Notes under the pieces: model-generated
Databases searched by the model: none
Seen by the model: the letters and a program-made list of their open reading frames with translations, nothing else
What the model was told of the DNA's origin: nothing
Assembly (NCBI GenBank): GCA_051294905.1
Contig: CM119372.1
Span: 10,788,001-10,852,000, forward strand
From: Botryllus schlosseri
Lineage: Eukaryota
Length of the DNA stretch: 64,000 bases
Reading direction: 5' to 3'
Translations under genes and position numbers: made by a program
In this document: positions 1-12,400 of the stretch, in pieces
Layout of the letters: every line of letters starts with the position of its first letter
Numbering within the stretch: the stretch's first letter is position 1

Positions 1-202
1 GATATACGTCGACTATATCGGATGGTAGTTGTCCGTAGGGTCATACAACATATTTTTTGGAAAGTATTTACACAATTATGGCATAATTTTGCAACTGAAA
101 AGACACAATCTTTTTTAAAAAAAGGCCTTTGTTTGAAACACTGTTTAAAACATGTTTTAAACGATATGTTTTAAAACACCGTTTGTTTTAAATGCAACCC
201 TA
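1..202. mobile_element. Right end of a hAT-like MITE (GCAACCCTA terminus, TTTAAAACA subterminal repeats)
   Basis: Ends ...aaatgcaacccta at 202; a similar left end ggttgcactttaaa occurs near 31190. Confidence 0.4.
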
Positions 203-411
203 TAGCTACATATATATAGACATTAGACGTGCACATTAAGAGTGAAATGCATACAGAAATACATAGCATGGAGGATCAAATGAAAATAGTGCACTTCTCC
301 GATGTTGCTGAGCACGACTGCGATTATTATCATGGGATATAAATTAACGCAACCATCGCTGCTTGAATCTGGTTTATTTGCGTTTTAAAATGAACAATTT
401 TCTGTTGATAG

Positions 412-460
412 CACCGGTAGTGGAAGAGAAGAAGATCGAAGTAAAGAAAGGATATGTACC
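412..460 (+). CDS. MYBPC: MyBP-C exon, M-motif N-part (PVVEEKKIEVKKGYVP)
   Basis: ttctgttgatag acceptor, CC|gtaag donor; phase 2 end fits the next exon. Confidence 0.65.
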
Positions 461-3400
461 GTAAGAACTCTAAAGTGATTTCACAAAGAATTATAATAAG
501 ATACTAATTCACTTCCATGGATTGTGACACCTGCCACTATTTCATTCAAGAATTCAGGTATCAATCACCGTGCTTATCACGACTGGTATATGGAACTGTA
601 AGAGCTCTTACGAGGACGAGTGAATGCGCCTTTAGGTGGTGCGAATCATACGGCATTTGCTCAAACTGAGCAATGAGCATATTGCTATATTTGCAATTTT
701 TATTACAACATTTTTATCAGTTAATCGACATCGGAGTCTAATATGTTGCACATGTGGCATACACATGGCATGTACATTGTGTCCCAGCCCGATGGTTGAT
801 TGCTGCATAATTTGCTCCCGATTTTATCTCGAAATCTGTTGATAGTGAGAACCGGCCGAACCCGTAATATTCGGCTCGACATCCCCCTCTGGTCTCTGGA
901 ATGACTAGAGACAGAATTTCTGTATCTACCCCTATAGAGGGTGCAATGCAGACTTTTGAAATAGTAGTTTTTTTTCATTCGCGCCATTCACACGCATCTT
1001 GTTTTAAGTGACGAAAAAGAGCTCGAAAAAGACATCGATTTCCGGAAAAGACTAAAACAAGTGTAAGCCACAGTATACCGACTCTTGACTGAAACTAGGC
1101 TAAACCATTGCTGCTAACGAAAACAAATACATCATTTGTATTCAGTGAAAAGTATAACAAGGAAGAGGAATCCGGCGAATGGGACGTTTGGTCTCTCCTG
1201 AAAAATGCCTCCTCGCGAGATTACGAAGCCATCGCTTTCAAATTCGGCATATCGGATATCAGGGCGATGCTGCGTCGACTTTCCAATACAAAGAAAAGGG
1301 AAAATCAAAAGACATCGTGTGAGTGAATCATCGGACAAAATGAAATTTCTCTTTACCACCATTCCGCGGATGAAATATCTGATGTCATAGAGATAGACGT
1401 ACAAGATTGCGGATGTAATATAATGAAGGCCTGACATGACCATTTCAATACTCGAATCAGTATCGAGTGCCAATTTTGATGATTCGAGTAATGAGGAATA
1501 CACAAATTGTCGAATCGATTCCAAATAGAATCCTCCAGGTATTCTATTTTGCGCAGCCCTAAATGTAGTACCCGCATTTCGACGAAATTTCATCAGTCCC
1601 AGTTAACAAAAAAATGTCATACCTGCAACATGCTCCTTCAAGCATCGACTGTATTCGTATTGTATTGTATACAGCGTTCTCGAAAAAGATGCCGGAAACG
1701 ATATCGTGCACTCTCGGCGACAAGGTAGTCCTAGAGGCCGAGGTGGCGAACGAGCAAATGACCGTTAAATGGCAAAAGAACGGCCAGAGCATCGACGCCA
1801 GCAAGCACTACCAAATCATGACGAAAGGTATCATTTCCGAAAGACGATTAAAACAGTGGTTCCCAAACTTTTTCAACTCACCGCCCCTTTATCAAACTCG
1901 AAATATATTTATTTTCCCCACAGAGAGCTAGAGGCAATCAGTAAAGAAGTACTTCTACTTTTCCATCGTAATTAAGTAGGTTTTATGTAGGCTACTCGTT
2001 TCATTTAATCAAGTAGTTTTGTTAGTATACTACTTCTACTTGAACAGTTTCTAACGGCAAAACCAACTAACACTGTCAAACGAAAAGTAGGTTTGGATGC
2101 ACTTCAACAACGCGTTGCTATGAAGTTGAGTAATTCATGAATTAGTTCAATTGATATAATGTGAAGTAAATTTTGCCGATATCACCCTTTTCGCTTCTCA
2201 TGGGCGCGGATGAGTCAAGCATTGAGTCGTTTTCCAATTAACATCCATCGATTAATATAAATTTAATCAGAAAGAATCCAAACAGTTAATTGCATAAAAT
2301 AATATGAACGTTCTATATGACTTTCAACCCTTGACTCTCAAAATCACCCCCATGGGCAATATTGCCCACTTTTGGAACCACCGGACTAGAACATGCAACA
2401 CGCGGATGAATCAATCCGCACCTTCTTGACGCTCAGAAAATAAGCGGACTCTAGTAATCGACAAAGCCATTTTGGAAGACGACGCTACCTATTCGTGCCT
2501 CGTTGGCAAGGACAGCTCGGCGTGCGAGCTATTTGTGAGAGGTAAACCTGGGCATTCTCTTACGGGAGTTTGGTTCTGATCTGCAGCGTTTTAAGAACAT
2601 CCCGTCACGATCACCAAAGGGCTGGAGGACGTACAAGTGGTCGAAGGGCAAGACGCTGAATTCAAGTGCGAGGTATACGGGTCGATCGTTTGTCTAGACT
2701 CTAGAGCTAGCGATGGGCAAAACAAGCCAGTTTCAGCTTCACTTACGGCTGTTGACATTGTTAGCGTGGAAAGTGTGTTATCACTTCGAAGAGACTTGGC
2801 GCGTATTTTTTACTTCACTGGCTGACATCATAACACAACAGTATATTCTATATGTTGGAAACTACGTTTTTTCTCTTCGATTCTAGCTTTCCAACGAAAA
2901 CGGCAGATTCAAGATACTAAAAGACGGGTCTCAGATCGAACAAGGCGACAAATACAACATCAAAAAGGAAGGCGCACACGTCACGTTCAACGTCAAAAAA
3001 GTAAATTGCGTTTGACGGTCACAAACTCTACGTACGATATCCGCCCGAACTCATTAAGATTTCAACGGACGACGAAGGCTTCTATCAAGTCGTGACGAAC
3101 GGGGCGCAGTCCTGCGCTGAAATCGTGGTGCAAGAAACTCCCAGCTTCACACAAAGCTTTTCCGATTTGAAGGTGCGGTACTGGGTGACCTTACGATCCG
3201 TAAACGACCGAAGAACGCATGACCTTCGATCTATCTCGCAGGTCAACTTCAAAGACACTGCGGAATTCGCGTGCGAGGTTGCCGATGAAAGTATTCAAGG
3301 TCACTGGCTCAAAAATGGTAAACCTGTCGTGGCCACTGAGAAGATAAAGATTACGCAGGTAAAATATCACGCGGTTATTGTACGACCATGACAAAATATC

Positions 3401-6400
3401 GGCAGGATCGAAAAGACCGGGTGTCTTACCTATAAATAAATACACCATCATCGACAGCGGACATATGATCGAGTTCGAGAAAATATTTCGATATGTATGA
3501 AAAAGATATTACGAAATTGAATTAAGGCAGCTACTCAACTCTTGATCAGGCTTATATTTGACATAGAGGACGTACGGTGGCGGGATGACCCTGCCTATAA
3601 ATAAGGCTTGGTGAGTATGGTATCAGTGTTAATAGAATTAAAACAGCTAATCAAATAAGTCATTGAAATGATTGAAAATTCAGAGGAAAATATGTACAAA
3701 TACCGAGAGACGACACAGATATATCTGTGTCTTCACGATGACAATATAATGTCCAAGTTGTAAAACATGGGTGTATTATATCTAACATCTTTGGTCATCC
3801 CACTGGTCGGCACCCATTCGAATCGTGGAAGATAAAATTCCGATGTTGATATTCCAGGATAAAAAGGAGCGAAAATTGATCATCACACAAGTCAACGACG
3901 GCGATCAAGGCGAATATACATTCGCGGCGGAAGGCGCCGTCACGTGTCGTATCACTGCCGCTTTGGAATTAACGGGCGGTCACGTGGTGATAGAGAAGAA
4001 AAAAGGTAACCTCAATCCCCTGGTACCATTGGCTAATTACAAAAGAATACATGCGCGCGCCTGATAATCGGTGTTTGATTATATATGGATGATAAATGAT
4101 ATTCGCTGAGGGAGTCGTATGCTTGTGGGTTGCTCGAATTGACTCTGGGTGGATACAAAGCAATTATATTTGTCGTGATGAATTATATATTCCATCGCGA
4201 CAATCCATCTTGCGACTTGAAATTTGCTTGATTTATCCGCAAACTATAGGGATTTCGAAACAAAGCTTTCATTCTAATGGCGGCGGAGACTCAGAATCCA
4301 CTGGTACATGTAGTCGGTAGTGACCATTTCCCCAGTTTTCGGTTTCTTAGTCACATTATTCGATTGTGATATATACCGGTAACTATATGCGGATGTCGAT
4401 GCAGGATTGCCATGCAACATTGTTAGGAATACTGCCGTGTAGGCTCGCAAAATCCAGTACTGGTCATTGTAATCATCGTTGGTGCTCAAATAGAAGTTGA
4501 ACTAACATTGTAAATTTCTACTCAAGTACAAGTGGAAGTTGCGATTTCTATAGGTAATTACGAAAGTGGTTATTTGAGGTCTAGTTTTAGGGCATAGAAA
4601 ACTGTTACGAAGAAGTGGAAGTAGTCTAAAATCATAATCTAATCAGAAAATATTGGAAGTAAGCAAAACCTGCTTGACTACTCCAAAAAAGTAACAGTAT
4701 AATTTCTTCCTGACCTTCTCTGCCGCGATCCCCCATCGGCGGAATATCTTATAAACCAGCTAGATACGTACGACTCAAATCTAATGCCAATCTCATTTAG
4801 AGAAGTCACCCCCAAAGATATTTTTGGATAACTCCATGCAAGATCGGGCGATTGTTGTGCGCGCTGGAAATAAGGTCAAGTTGGCCATACCAATCTCTGG
4901 ACAACCCGCGCCCGTGGTGGAATGGAAAAAGGGGCCGAAGGTGAGCTCTTTAGACGTAGAAGCATATAGTACAGTGGATGCTCACCGAGATCAACCTCCA
5001 TTCTTCCACCGCATATGTTAACGATGCTATTCAGGTGATAAGCGAGGAATCTTCGGGCAGGGTTAAGATCGTGAACTCGCTAGACGCGAATATAACAACC
5101 CTCGTGATTGATAAAGCAAAAAGAAGCGACTCCGCCGATTACGTTTTAAACTTAACCAGCGAGGAAGGCGTCGTAACGGCGACTTTCGTCGTGAAAGTAA
5201 TAGGTGGGGAATGGATGAGGAATGTTCGCAATGTGGCGCAAGCGAGTCACAAATATCACGACGGCCATCGACAATGCATGTTGCGCACCTCAATCACGCT
5301 GATTTTGCATTGAATGCTGGGTAACACCGCTACTGCATTGCAGCTAATACGTTTCCTTGAAACAAATTTTGCATTCGTATATCGCTTTGCAATACCGAAT
5401 CACCCACCAAAGTCACTGTTCACGAAATTCCATTAGCGTTATCAAGTAGGCCTAAGGGTTGTGATTGACAGGCTACAAATCCACTACGACATAGTTTCAG
5501 GATTGTGACTTTGGTTCGTGATTCGGTTCCAACAATTGTGAACCGAACGTGGTAAATACCGAAGTACTTCTACTTTTCAAATAGAGTATTCAAGTTAGTT
5601 TTGACCAACTGCCTTGTGTCTACCTACTCAAGTGATTACGTTTTTTTCTGTTCCAATTCTTAACAGTTTTTAGGCAAAACTATATTCTTTTGGACTATGG
5701 ATTTTGTACAGTAAAAAGTAGTTTGGGGATATCATTCCATAACGAGTGAAATTGTGATGACGAATGGGCGACATAGCCCCTGTTTCGCGGTTAATGAATA
5801 TATTTTCGAAAATCGAGCCGATTTGTAGTGGCATGTGTAATTTTACATTAGTCGCTAGTAAACGCACCGTGCAATATCGAAAGTAGCCACCTTCGGTCGG
5901 CTGCGACAAGTACGCGACGTATCAACCAAATCAATTAAAATTTTGATACTACTTACTTCAGTACTATTCGCATGTTCATTGTTCATTTGCCCCTTCAAGT
6001 TGAAGCAGTTTTGACATTTATTAAAAATCGCTGCTTCTTCGTGCAATTGAGTAGAAATTTACTCTGGTAGTTCTGTGTACTTGTAATAAACATGAGTGCT
6101 TTTGCCAGCTTTGGTCGTCTAAGTAGATGTAGAAGTAACTTCGTGAATTTCTACACTAATACAATAAGTTGCGATTTATGCGTTACTAAAAAGTATGTAT
6201 TCTAGACCTAGTTTTGCCTAAACTGAAGACTGCTAAGTATAAGTATAAGTGATATAAAATCACATCCAGTCGAGTACGTTGCGTAAGTAGGCAGAACCTT
6301 CTTGACTACTCCAAAAATTAGAAGTACTTCGTTACACACCATCTCTGAAAACCATGTCATTACGTAGCCACGCGTACGCAAATATATACTTCCCTAATCC

Positions 6401-9400
6401 ACCAAAAGACTAATGTGTCACGGCATGACATGCGAAACTCGCACGCAAACTTGTTCGACATAAAACATACAAAAATCGTTTCCGGCGCATTATCGCGAAG
6501 ATAACAACTTTAGATGCCTGACAGAATCCATCTGATAAATCAATAGATACGGTAGCCGTGCCTCTCGCGGCTTCGTACAATCGTGTAACGAAGCTGCAGC
6601 AAGGAATGCGATCCGCGAACGATTTTGTGCATGCGCTCTTGCAGGATAAATCCGAAGTGATCGAGGCTACCGGCAAGAGAGTATGGACGAACACGAGCAC
6701 CGAGCACAACAAAACGCACTTAGAAATATCGTCTTGTAAGCGCTCGGACAGCGCACTCTACGTCTGCACGCTCACTTGGGACAAATCGGGAACCGAGGGC
6801 GCGGATTCTGAGTATATCCGCCGGCATGACTTCGAATTTCACTTGAGAGTTGTTGGTGAGAACTGCGTGCTTTGAGATGTGTTCGAATATTGAACAGCGC
6901 GTACGTGGTCATATGACTTGAATATGGAACCTGTAGGAGTAGAAGTAGAAGAGCTGGAAGTAGAAGTGCTGGAAGTAGTTTAAAATCATACCCACTTGAG
7001 TAAGTAGTGCGTGTAGCCAAAACGTACTTGAGTACTCCGAAAGCGAATTGGGTTGCTCTTAAACCAGCGATGGTTTCACGACATTTGAGCATGCCTTTAC
7101 AGCCATTTCCCTAACTCTAACCACAACCTTATCCCTAATCGAATCCTATCCCAATCCCAACCCTACTTTTAGCGCACTTTATCATGTCACACATCCATTT
7201 GACCAAGGACCCACCGGCTTAGCTAACACACAAACGGTGTTTATCCCTATAGTATCAATTGATCAGTGGACAGGTCTGACCATAGGCGTGTGTGAAAATT
7301 TAGGAGCGCCAAATTTACGAACAGTATCGAATATCGGATATGTTGTGATGTAACCGCTGCAAATTACGTTACTGTGCCAAAAATGAAATTATTGGCCGGA
7401 CTAGTGTCCTTTGTGCCGTTATTAGTCATTTATATTGTCCGCGTTCTTGATTACTTTGCTGTGCACAGAATATTCATGCTTATTCTACTGCCAGTGTTGC
7501 TACTAGCGACCGAGGCGGCGCTATACGTTGAAATTGTAAATTGGCCTTTCGCTCTTTCGAATCTGTAATTTGCTAGATTCTAGAATCTAGTTCTAGAGCA
7601 TGTGGAGTATCTTATCTATGAACGTGTATTTTGGTACAAATATGGCCCATGGTTCATGTGCGATCTCCGAATTCGCGTTGTGTTGTCACAACAAACTCGT
7701 AATACGGCGCGGAACCGCTGCATATTGCTTGGCTTGCAAACGGGATAGCGTTGACGAGTTTGCATTACGTCACCGAATTTCCGCCGCCCCGAAAGGGGTT
7801 CTTGCAGCAATGGAACAGTGATATGCGCGAATGCATCAATCAGCGGTTACACGCTTTTCCACCCCGCGCAGTGAATGTTGACCCCGGCCGTATATTCGAT
7901 CATGATTGATGCGCGTATTTCCGCGTCTGAGGGGAAATCCCAGATAGTCTTCAGTTGCACGGGGTTATCAAACGCAACCTTTATTCGTCGAAGCAAATTT
8001 AGTGTACCAAGCAATGCAGCCGCCTGTCAGTGACCCCTGGCGATTTAAGACTGCCCGTAAATTGTCCGTACGGCGCGGTGGTCAGTAACGGGGTACTTCT
8101 ACTTTTTTCGAAGTAGATTAAGCCTATACTTGCACTATACTTACTCAGGTGATTATGTTTGTACACAACCTCATTCTACGTAACAATGTTTTAGACAAAA
8201 CTACTTTTATTTACACGTTGGCTTTTGTAAAGTAGAAAGTACTATTGGAATATGTTTGCATTACTTTCATGAGTAAAATTGTCATAATAACAGAATAAAA
8301 TGTTCCTTGTATCACGGTACCTGAAATATATTTTTGAAAATTGCACCAATTTGTAGTGTCCTCAGTCATTTGGCGTCAGTCGCGAATATGCCTAAACGAT
8401 TTTGAAAGTAGCCACCATAATCTGCTAAAATTCTGCGACGCCAGGACCAAATATTTTTTAGACTAAATAAGCTACTTCAGCACTTTTGGACCTTAATTTT
8501 CTGCTTCCACTTGGAGTAGTTTTGACATGTTTTGGAGATTCTACTTCTAATTGAGTACCAACATTGATTACTTTGATCACATGTGCTGTGTAGGGGGCAT
8601 AATCCATTACAATCGTCGCTCTGAAGTCGTTTAACTCCTCAAGCTGGACGTTGCACAATGCACATGATCCCTTGAACAGCAAGTTCTCGCGCCCTGATTA
8701 CGTGTGATCAAGGTCAATGGGTCGAGCGGCACTTAATAGCGCACACTGATCGCGCTCAATGGAATATATGATCCAATAAGCGCTAATAGCCAAATGAAAG
8801 CGTTGTGCGTTAGCACAGTAATTCACACTGACGTGACGACTGTTATGCGCGGGATAGTTTGACCCGCCACGCAAGAACAATCGCGTCGACCTGATAAAAG
8901 CACATCAATGACACCGCGTTTCCTGTCCAGCAAACACGCAACACTTATCAATCGAGTATAGAGCGAGCTTCTCAAAAATTTGACATTCTCATCCATGTGC
9001 CTACCGCACGACGACTGTTTACAGTATCAACACGAGCATGACACATTTGTTATGTCACAAAAACTGAAGTTTCAATGCCGAACAGGCGTTCTTATTGAGC
9101 CAGCGACGCAGGTGAGCTGGTCGGCTGATAAATGGTGGCATCAAACAGATCGCTATCATCGGTTTTGTTGTTGTATTTCGTCTAATTCGTAAATACGAAT
9201 GCAAGTCGATGGTCACAGATGTTCCGGGATCTCCGCTGACACCTAACGTATCGAATGTCACGGCGGAAACGTGCTCGCTGGACTGGCAAGAGCCTGCAGA
9301 CGACGGAGGATATCCGATCGAAGGTGAGAATGCTGTTGATGCTAAATTTGCAAGCTCCCAATAACTACGGCTGCTCAAAACCAAGTACCCGGGTGATTAA

Positions 9401-12400
9401 ATTCTGAGTCGACTATCCCATATTATGACATCTAACCAGAGGTGACGAATTACTCGTACTTTTCGCAGTACTCAAGTAGGTTTATGCTTACCTGCACTAC
9501 TTACTCCAGTGGTTATGGATTTAGACCACTTCTACTTGTATATCACAGGTTTTAGGGCAAAACTACGCCTGGAATAGCTTACTTGGAAATCAATACTTCT
9601 ACTTGTACTTGAGGAGAAATATGCCACGTTATACTTCAACTTGAGTAGGAAAGACGGTTACTTTGACCACCTCTGGCCATAACAGTATTTAATATTCCGA
9701 ATGTTGGAATATGTATGATTCTTTCTGCACAGGGAAATTGTTGCCAATTACATTCCCTCCAAAAAATGTCCATATTTCTGGACTAAGACTATATGCCGCA
9801 GCGCTTTGTGACCATTTCTCGACCAGTACTTGCCAGAAATGCCGTTCCATGAATAATAGTAGCTTTGTACGACAACTCTTACGATGCTGAGGTAGGCAAA
9901 CTGAGGTTTTGTGACTACAACGCTAGATATGAAGCATTGGAACTATATTTTCATTGAAAAAATCTTACCGGTCGACGTGGTCGTGCAATAGCACGGTATA
10001 TACAGAACTATTGTTGAAGTTGTCTTAATATCCCACGCGTGATACCGTGAAATTCCGTGATTATCAAATGCGCATATCCAGCATACCTTTTCCTTACGGT
10101 AAGCCTTACGAAGGAGGGGAAGATTGATAGATAGGAGATTACAACCGTATTGACGCAATACAGTCGAAAATTCAATGTGATATCATCCGGCCGACCTCTA
10201 ATGCTTGAATACATCAACGCTTGATTAACGATTAAATCAAAATATTGTTTAAAAGCACTTTGTTGTGGCAATTCTTACATGCGAAGCAGGGTGATAAAAC
10301 AAGTGTCTACTCTGCATTATGTCTCGTAATATCGATCGATAAGGATAAGCGTATCTGTGTCGCAAGTGAGTGGCCAACTCCAAATAAGCGTATCGACGTA
10401 TTCCTGACTTCACACGAACGAGGCAAGTAATGCCTCGTATGGCGAGTATCCTGTTTAGATTGCGTTCATCTCGTGAAGATGACATGTGATAATGTACAAT
10501 TCCTTTCATCGCTTGATATAAGGTAGAGGAAACACATGACGAAAACTAATTGGCGCGTTGCAAATCATTGCCATATCCTTTGCATCTCAACGTTCTCACG
10601 GCCTATCGGTCGAACTTTGAGTCCAATAAATCTAAAAGAATGCTATTAACACGACAACGGCTAGAACCGAATGAGCAACTGGGTGGGCCGTATTTTATAT
10701 ACGACAGTTGTCGACATCCATTGTGTTGTCCATCGAACTCAATAACTTCCGCCTAAGGTTTCTGTGATATCCTGGTTGAATTGGGCCCATAAATATCTGC
10801 CGCGTCAATGCCGCGAATAACGAACTTGAACTTGTGCCATTTCCTTGATAAATTCCGGCAGAAGCGAGAAGTACAATTGATACTCAAAGGTGGTCACTGC
10901 TGGTCAGTGAATAACCACTTCTACTTTTTCGGAAACCTCGAAAAGGTTTTACCTTTACTTTCACCACTTACTCTACGTTAGTAGACCATACATGACTACT
11001 CGCACTTCTGCGTGACCAGTTATTCTGGCAAACCATTAAATTTTAACGCTGTGGATTTTGAAATGCAGAATATAGTTTTGGTGTAGGTTTGCATCATTTT
11101 CATGAGTGAAGTTGTCATAAAACCGAATCTTAGTAGCCCAGTATCACGGTAAATAATATATACGAAAGATGACACCTATATTCGTAGTACCGCGATACCG
11201 CAAATATACTTTTTGAAACAGCTTGCTCGATTAGTTTATACTCATTTCGTTTTCTAATTACACATGAAGTATAGTGTTGGAAAATCCTACTTTCACTGGT
11301 AATTTAGTAGAGACTCACGGCGTTACTTCTATTTCTACCGGAGTAACAACGATGACAGCGTCGACAAGCGCTAATTAATACCGGATTTCCCCACATTTCA
11401 GGATATGTCATCGAGAGGAAGAAAACGCAATCCCAGCGCTGGATACGGCTCAACGCGGAGCCTCTAGACTGCACCGAGTACGAGGCACGCCGGATGATCG
11501 ACGGAATCGAATACCAAGTGCGCGTGCGAGCGGTCAGCGAAGTCGGCGTCAGCGAACCGAGCGACACTAGCAAGCCCTTCACGCCGTTGGGTGGGTTGAA
11601 CTTTAATCTCGTTTTGAGATTGTCGATAAGATGTCGCGACCGCTCGAGGTGTCATGTCGTAAATAACATCCGCTACCTATTAACCGACAAACATTCGAGA
11701 ATAAAAGTGATTTCGTCACATTACCCGAGGATGAGAAACCTTAATCGTGGTCGCAGATCAGTAGGAGATAAGGAATCGCTTACGTCACCACGGTGATTAA
11801 AAAGTGTAGACAAGATCTCATTTGGTAATGGCGGCGTCGCCTCATCAAACTGCGGACGAAGTGCAAAGCTGGGAATGCTTTAATAGATCAATTACGCGAA
11901 ATGCCACAGTTTGAGGTTCAAAATATCACTTGCGTATGCCACCGATGATTATCGCCGCGCGGCGTGCGGGATAATCAAGGACTGATTCTAAATGACTGTC
12001 GAATCGATCTTTATCTGAGATATGCGATTTTTGTGAAAGTGTAGGCGTGAGCGTTTCGTCTCAACTTCCTGAATATCATGACTTTTCGTGAAAATGACAC
12101 GCACAAGTCATCATTCAAATATTTCACTGATGACGATGGAAAACTACCTTGGTCATAAAATCGTGAAATGGCATAGTCGAATAGATACAGCGCTGGTCAA
12201 AGTAGACAGCGCTTCTGCTAGACTAGAGTGAATGTAAAAGAAACGCTGTGAATTACTACTTTATTACAAGTCATTACTTCAAGGGAAGTGGAAAATGAAA
12301 GATCTGAAAACTACCCAATGAAATAGTTCCAAAAGGTCGATTTGGTCGCGGGTTGCGTGTGCTTTGCAAATTTCTAGATTGCAAAACGTATCTTCGCGAC

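Noticed and set aside
1132-1593. 153-aa minus ORF and other ORF-track entries overlapping MyBP-C exons
   Set aside because: Antisense or alternate-frame shadows of real exons, with no independent motifs.
7374-7568. Hydrophobic 64-aa ORF resembling a membrane peptide
   Set aside because: Non-ATG start, intronic, T-rich composition and no splice support.
9085-9110. Strong donor CAG|gtgagc upstream of the C6 exon, suggesting a MyBP-H-like internal start
   Set aside because: Phase incompatible, in-frame stop upstream and no suitable ATG.
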